64,000 nucleotides of DNA from Acidobacteriota bacterium (lineage in GTDB: Bacteria > Acidobacteriota > Thermoanaerobaculia > Thermoanaerobaculales > Sulfomarinibacteraceae), in NCBI GenBank assembly GCA_024641545.1, contig JAHECW010000003.1, positions 1,951 to 65,950 of the forward strand, in the 5' to 3' direction. The notes below the pieces were generated by a model that saw nothing but the letters and a program-made list of their open reading frames with translations, made no database searches and had not been told where the DNA came from. Position 1 is the first letter of the stretch. The number at the start of each line of letters is the position of its first letter. Shown here one piece after another: positions 62,235-64,000 of the stretch. A program made the position numbers and the translations under genes.

Positions 62235-63377
62235 TCACTCTTTCGGCAGGTCCTGCTCCACGGTGGTGAGCAACCCGAGGGCCAGCTCGTAGACCTCGTC
62301 CTCGTCGTCGGGCGCCGGACGGGTCTGCCAGCTCACCCGGTAGACCGGCGCCGGGGCAAGCCGGTTGCGGATCTCGGTTTCGAGGTTCGATCGGTCAGGG
62401 GCCCTGGTCCAGCGACGTGGGAGATCGGCGAACGCGACCGGGTCGGGCTCGGGTTGGGCGGCGTCCGGGCCGGGCCTCACCATGGCGGTCACGAGATCCG
62501 GTTCCAGCCACCTGCCGACCATGGTTTCCAGCGAGCGCCAGAGGCTGACCGGGGGGCGCTCGATGAATCCCTCTTCCTCGGTGAATCCCTCGATCTCCAG
62601 AATCGGCCCGTCGGGGGCGACGGTCAGACGACCCTGGAAGGTGTCGAAGACCAGGCGCGAGAGCTCGTTGAGCGAGTAGGCCTGGCCTTTCTCGATGAGG
62701 AGGATGTCCGCGACCCGCTCCATGGAGTCGATCACCGCGGCCACCAGCTCTTCCTCGCCTTTGCTGAGGGGGGCGAGAGATTTTTCATCCTCGTCGAAGA
62801 TATATCCGAAGCACACAACGGCGCGGTCGGGCGCCCGGTCGAGATAGGCATAGAGTGCGGTGGCGGCCTCGAGGTAGGCGGCGACGTGCCCGGACCACGC
62901 GCCGATCTCGGTGTCGACCAGCTCGCGCTGCTGCCGGGTCGCCCGGCCTCCGCCCGTCGGGTAGAGCTCAAGCTCGCGGACCCTCCCGGTCTCCTCGTAG
63001 AAAGCGCCGAACCCTTCATCGTTGAGCAGTCGCTCGACCGGGCGGAAGGAGTCGACGAGGGCGCTGTGGATCCCACGGCGAACGTCGCCGTCGTGGCGCA
63101 CGATTGTGCTGCGATCGGCGATGGCGCCGAGATCGGAGAAGCTCCGGCTCCAGCGGTCGAGACCGGAAGCGAGATCGACTCGGGCTTCGTCTGTTCGCTC
63201 CTCGACGGCGCTGTTTTCGCCGGCCGCGGCCGGCGGCGCGATGTCGCGGACGGCGGTGACGACGATGACCGGACCCGGTGAGAAGACCAGGTGCAGGTGG
63301 TCGCGCACCGGCTCCTCATAGCAGGCGACGAGAGGCAGGCAGAAACCGAGAGCGAGAGCGGTGCGGACAGGTTTCAT
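62235..63377 (-). CDS. hypothetical lipoprotein
   Basis: Start at MKPVRTALALGFCLPLVAC (lipobox), 380 aa. No family recognised. Confidence 0.6.
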   Translation of the reverse strand: MKPVRTALALGFCLPLVACYEEPVRDHLHLVFSPGPVIVVTAVRDIAPPAAAGENSAVEERTDEARVDLASGLDRWSRSFSDLGAIADRSTIVRHDGDVRRGIHSALVDSFRPVERLLNDEGFGAFYEETGRVRELELYPTGGGRATRQQRELVDTEIGAWSGHVAAYLEAATALYAYLDRAPDRAVVCFGYIFDEDEKSLAPLSKGEEELVAAVIDSMERVADILLIEKGQAYSLNELSRLVFDTFQGRLTVAPDGPILEIEGFTEEEGFIERPPVSLWRSLETMVGRWLEPDLVTAMVRPGPDAAQPEPDPVAFADLPRRWTRAPDRSNLETEIRNRLAPAPVYRVSWQTRPAPDDEDEVYELALGLLTTVEQDLPKE

Positions 63378-63402
63378 CGTGCGCCCAGTGTAGATCAGCC
63401 GC

Positions 63403-64000
63403 TCAGGGAACCACCCGATTCCAGGCCGAGGTGTCGCCCGACTCGAAGCCGTCCGAGAAAAGCGCGAGTTCCAACGCCCACAGCTCGCGGCCGTTGACGA
63501 GGTCCATCGCTGAGAAGAAGACCCGGCGACCGGAGAGCAGCGGCGCCCAGGGATCGGACGAGTTCGGTCCGGGGACGAGATCGAAGACCAGGGTGCCTTG
63601 GGCAGACCCGTCGGTGACCACCAGCTCGCTGCCGAACCCGTCGATCCGGGCCGGGAAATAGAGCCGGCCGTCGTCGACCACGGCCTCGGAGTCAAAGGCC
63701 GGGAACCGGCTCCCCCCCGGGCCCTGGACGAGCTCGAAGGCCATGGCGGTGCCGGCTGATGTGCCGTCGGTGAGCCAGAGCTCCCAGCCGTGGACGCCGT
63801 CGGTGTGCCAGAAGGCCAGACGGCTGTCGAAGGAGGTGAGGCCGGTCGGCATAAAGGACTCGCTGCCCGGATAGACATCGGCGGTCATGGTCGTTCCCAC
63901 AGCGGTTCCGTCCGAGCTCCAGACCTCGGCGCCGTGCACGCCGTCGTTGGCGGTGAAGAAGACCCGGTCGCCGCGGCGGGTCAGCTGGAACGGCATCGAC
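63403..64000 (-). CDS. ELWxxDGT-repeat secreted protein, C-terminal part (5' end outside window)
   Basis: Repeats AEVWSSDGTAVGT, WELWLTDGTSAGT and SELVVTDGSAQGT. C-terminal tail LFSDGFESGDTSAWNRVVP. Confidence 0.7.
   Translation of the reverse strand, partial: SMPFQLTRRGDRVFFTANDGVHGAEVWSSDGTAVGTTMTADVYPGSESFMPTGLTSFDSRLAFWHTDGVHGWELWLTDGTSAGTAMAFELVQGPGGSRFPAFDSEAVVDDGRLYFPARIDGFGSELVVTDGSAQGTLVFDLVPGPNSSDPWAPLLSGRRVFFSAMDLVNGRELWALELALFSDGFESGDTSAWNRVVP

Overview
64-kb high-GC (about two-thirds G+C by eye), gene-dense bacterial chromosomal fragment with about 50 credible CDS. I recognised no rRNA, tRNA or CRISPR. The protein repertoire fits an environmental Gram-negative lineage (Acidobacteriota/Gemmatimonadota-like), which cannot be proven from sequence alone. 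It includes paired FtsX/MacB-type permeases, a sigma-54 activator, TMTC-like TPR glycosyltransferases, sulfatase-like enzymes, and BNR and ELWxxDGT secreted proteins. Gene blocks in order: aroD', gcdH, a RAYT transposase with its REPs, and an EamA transporter. Next is a sulfur-themed stretch: NPP-family phosphodiesterase, sulfotransferase, lrp-aldh-hom-metY, a two-domain APS kinase, arylsulfotransferase-like and sulfatase-like proteins. Then come a 2Fe-2S/molybdopterin oxidoreductase pair, an OmpR-type two-component system, mutB-mutA, and GT2 plus a TMTC-like transferase. A sigma-54-driven MFP/ABC/FtsX/FtsX/NtrC/HK operon and an M14 carboxypeptidase follow. The last block is an acetate cluster (acs, DnaQ-like exonuclease, DUF294, actP, DUF4212, porin, second acs). 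Most worth a second look: (1) an in-frame chimeric ORF joining a MutA N-terminus copy to a histidine-kinase C-terminus copy. (2) Unusually rich intergenic repeat architecture, comprising GTAG-headed REPs next to their RAYT, a CATTGTGG-headed GC hairpin family, composite 30-nt-unit/8-nt-word elements, long imperfect hairpins built from 7-8-nt words, and hexamer-periodic arrays with G-quadruplex potential. (3) Two recurrent fixed C-terminal peptide tails: ...LGY[VIM]x-COOH on 4 ORFs and F.DGFE.G.T..W....P-COOH on 3 secreted proteins. (4) An APS kinase whose ATP-sulfurylase-like domain has lost its catalytic motifs. All family calls rest on motif reading by eye; no database search was possible.
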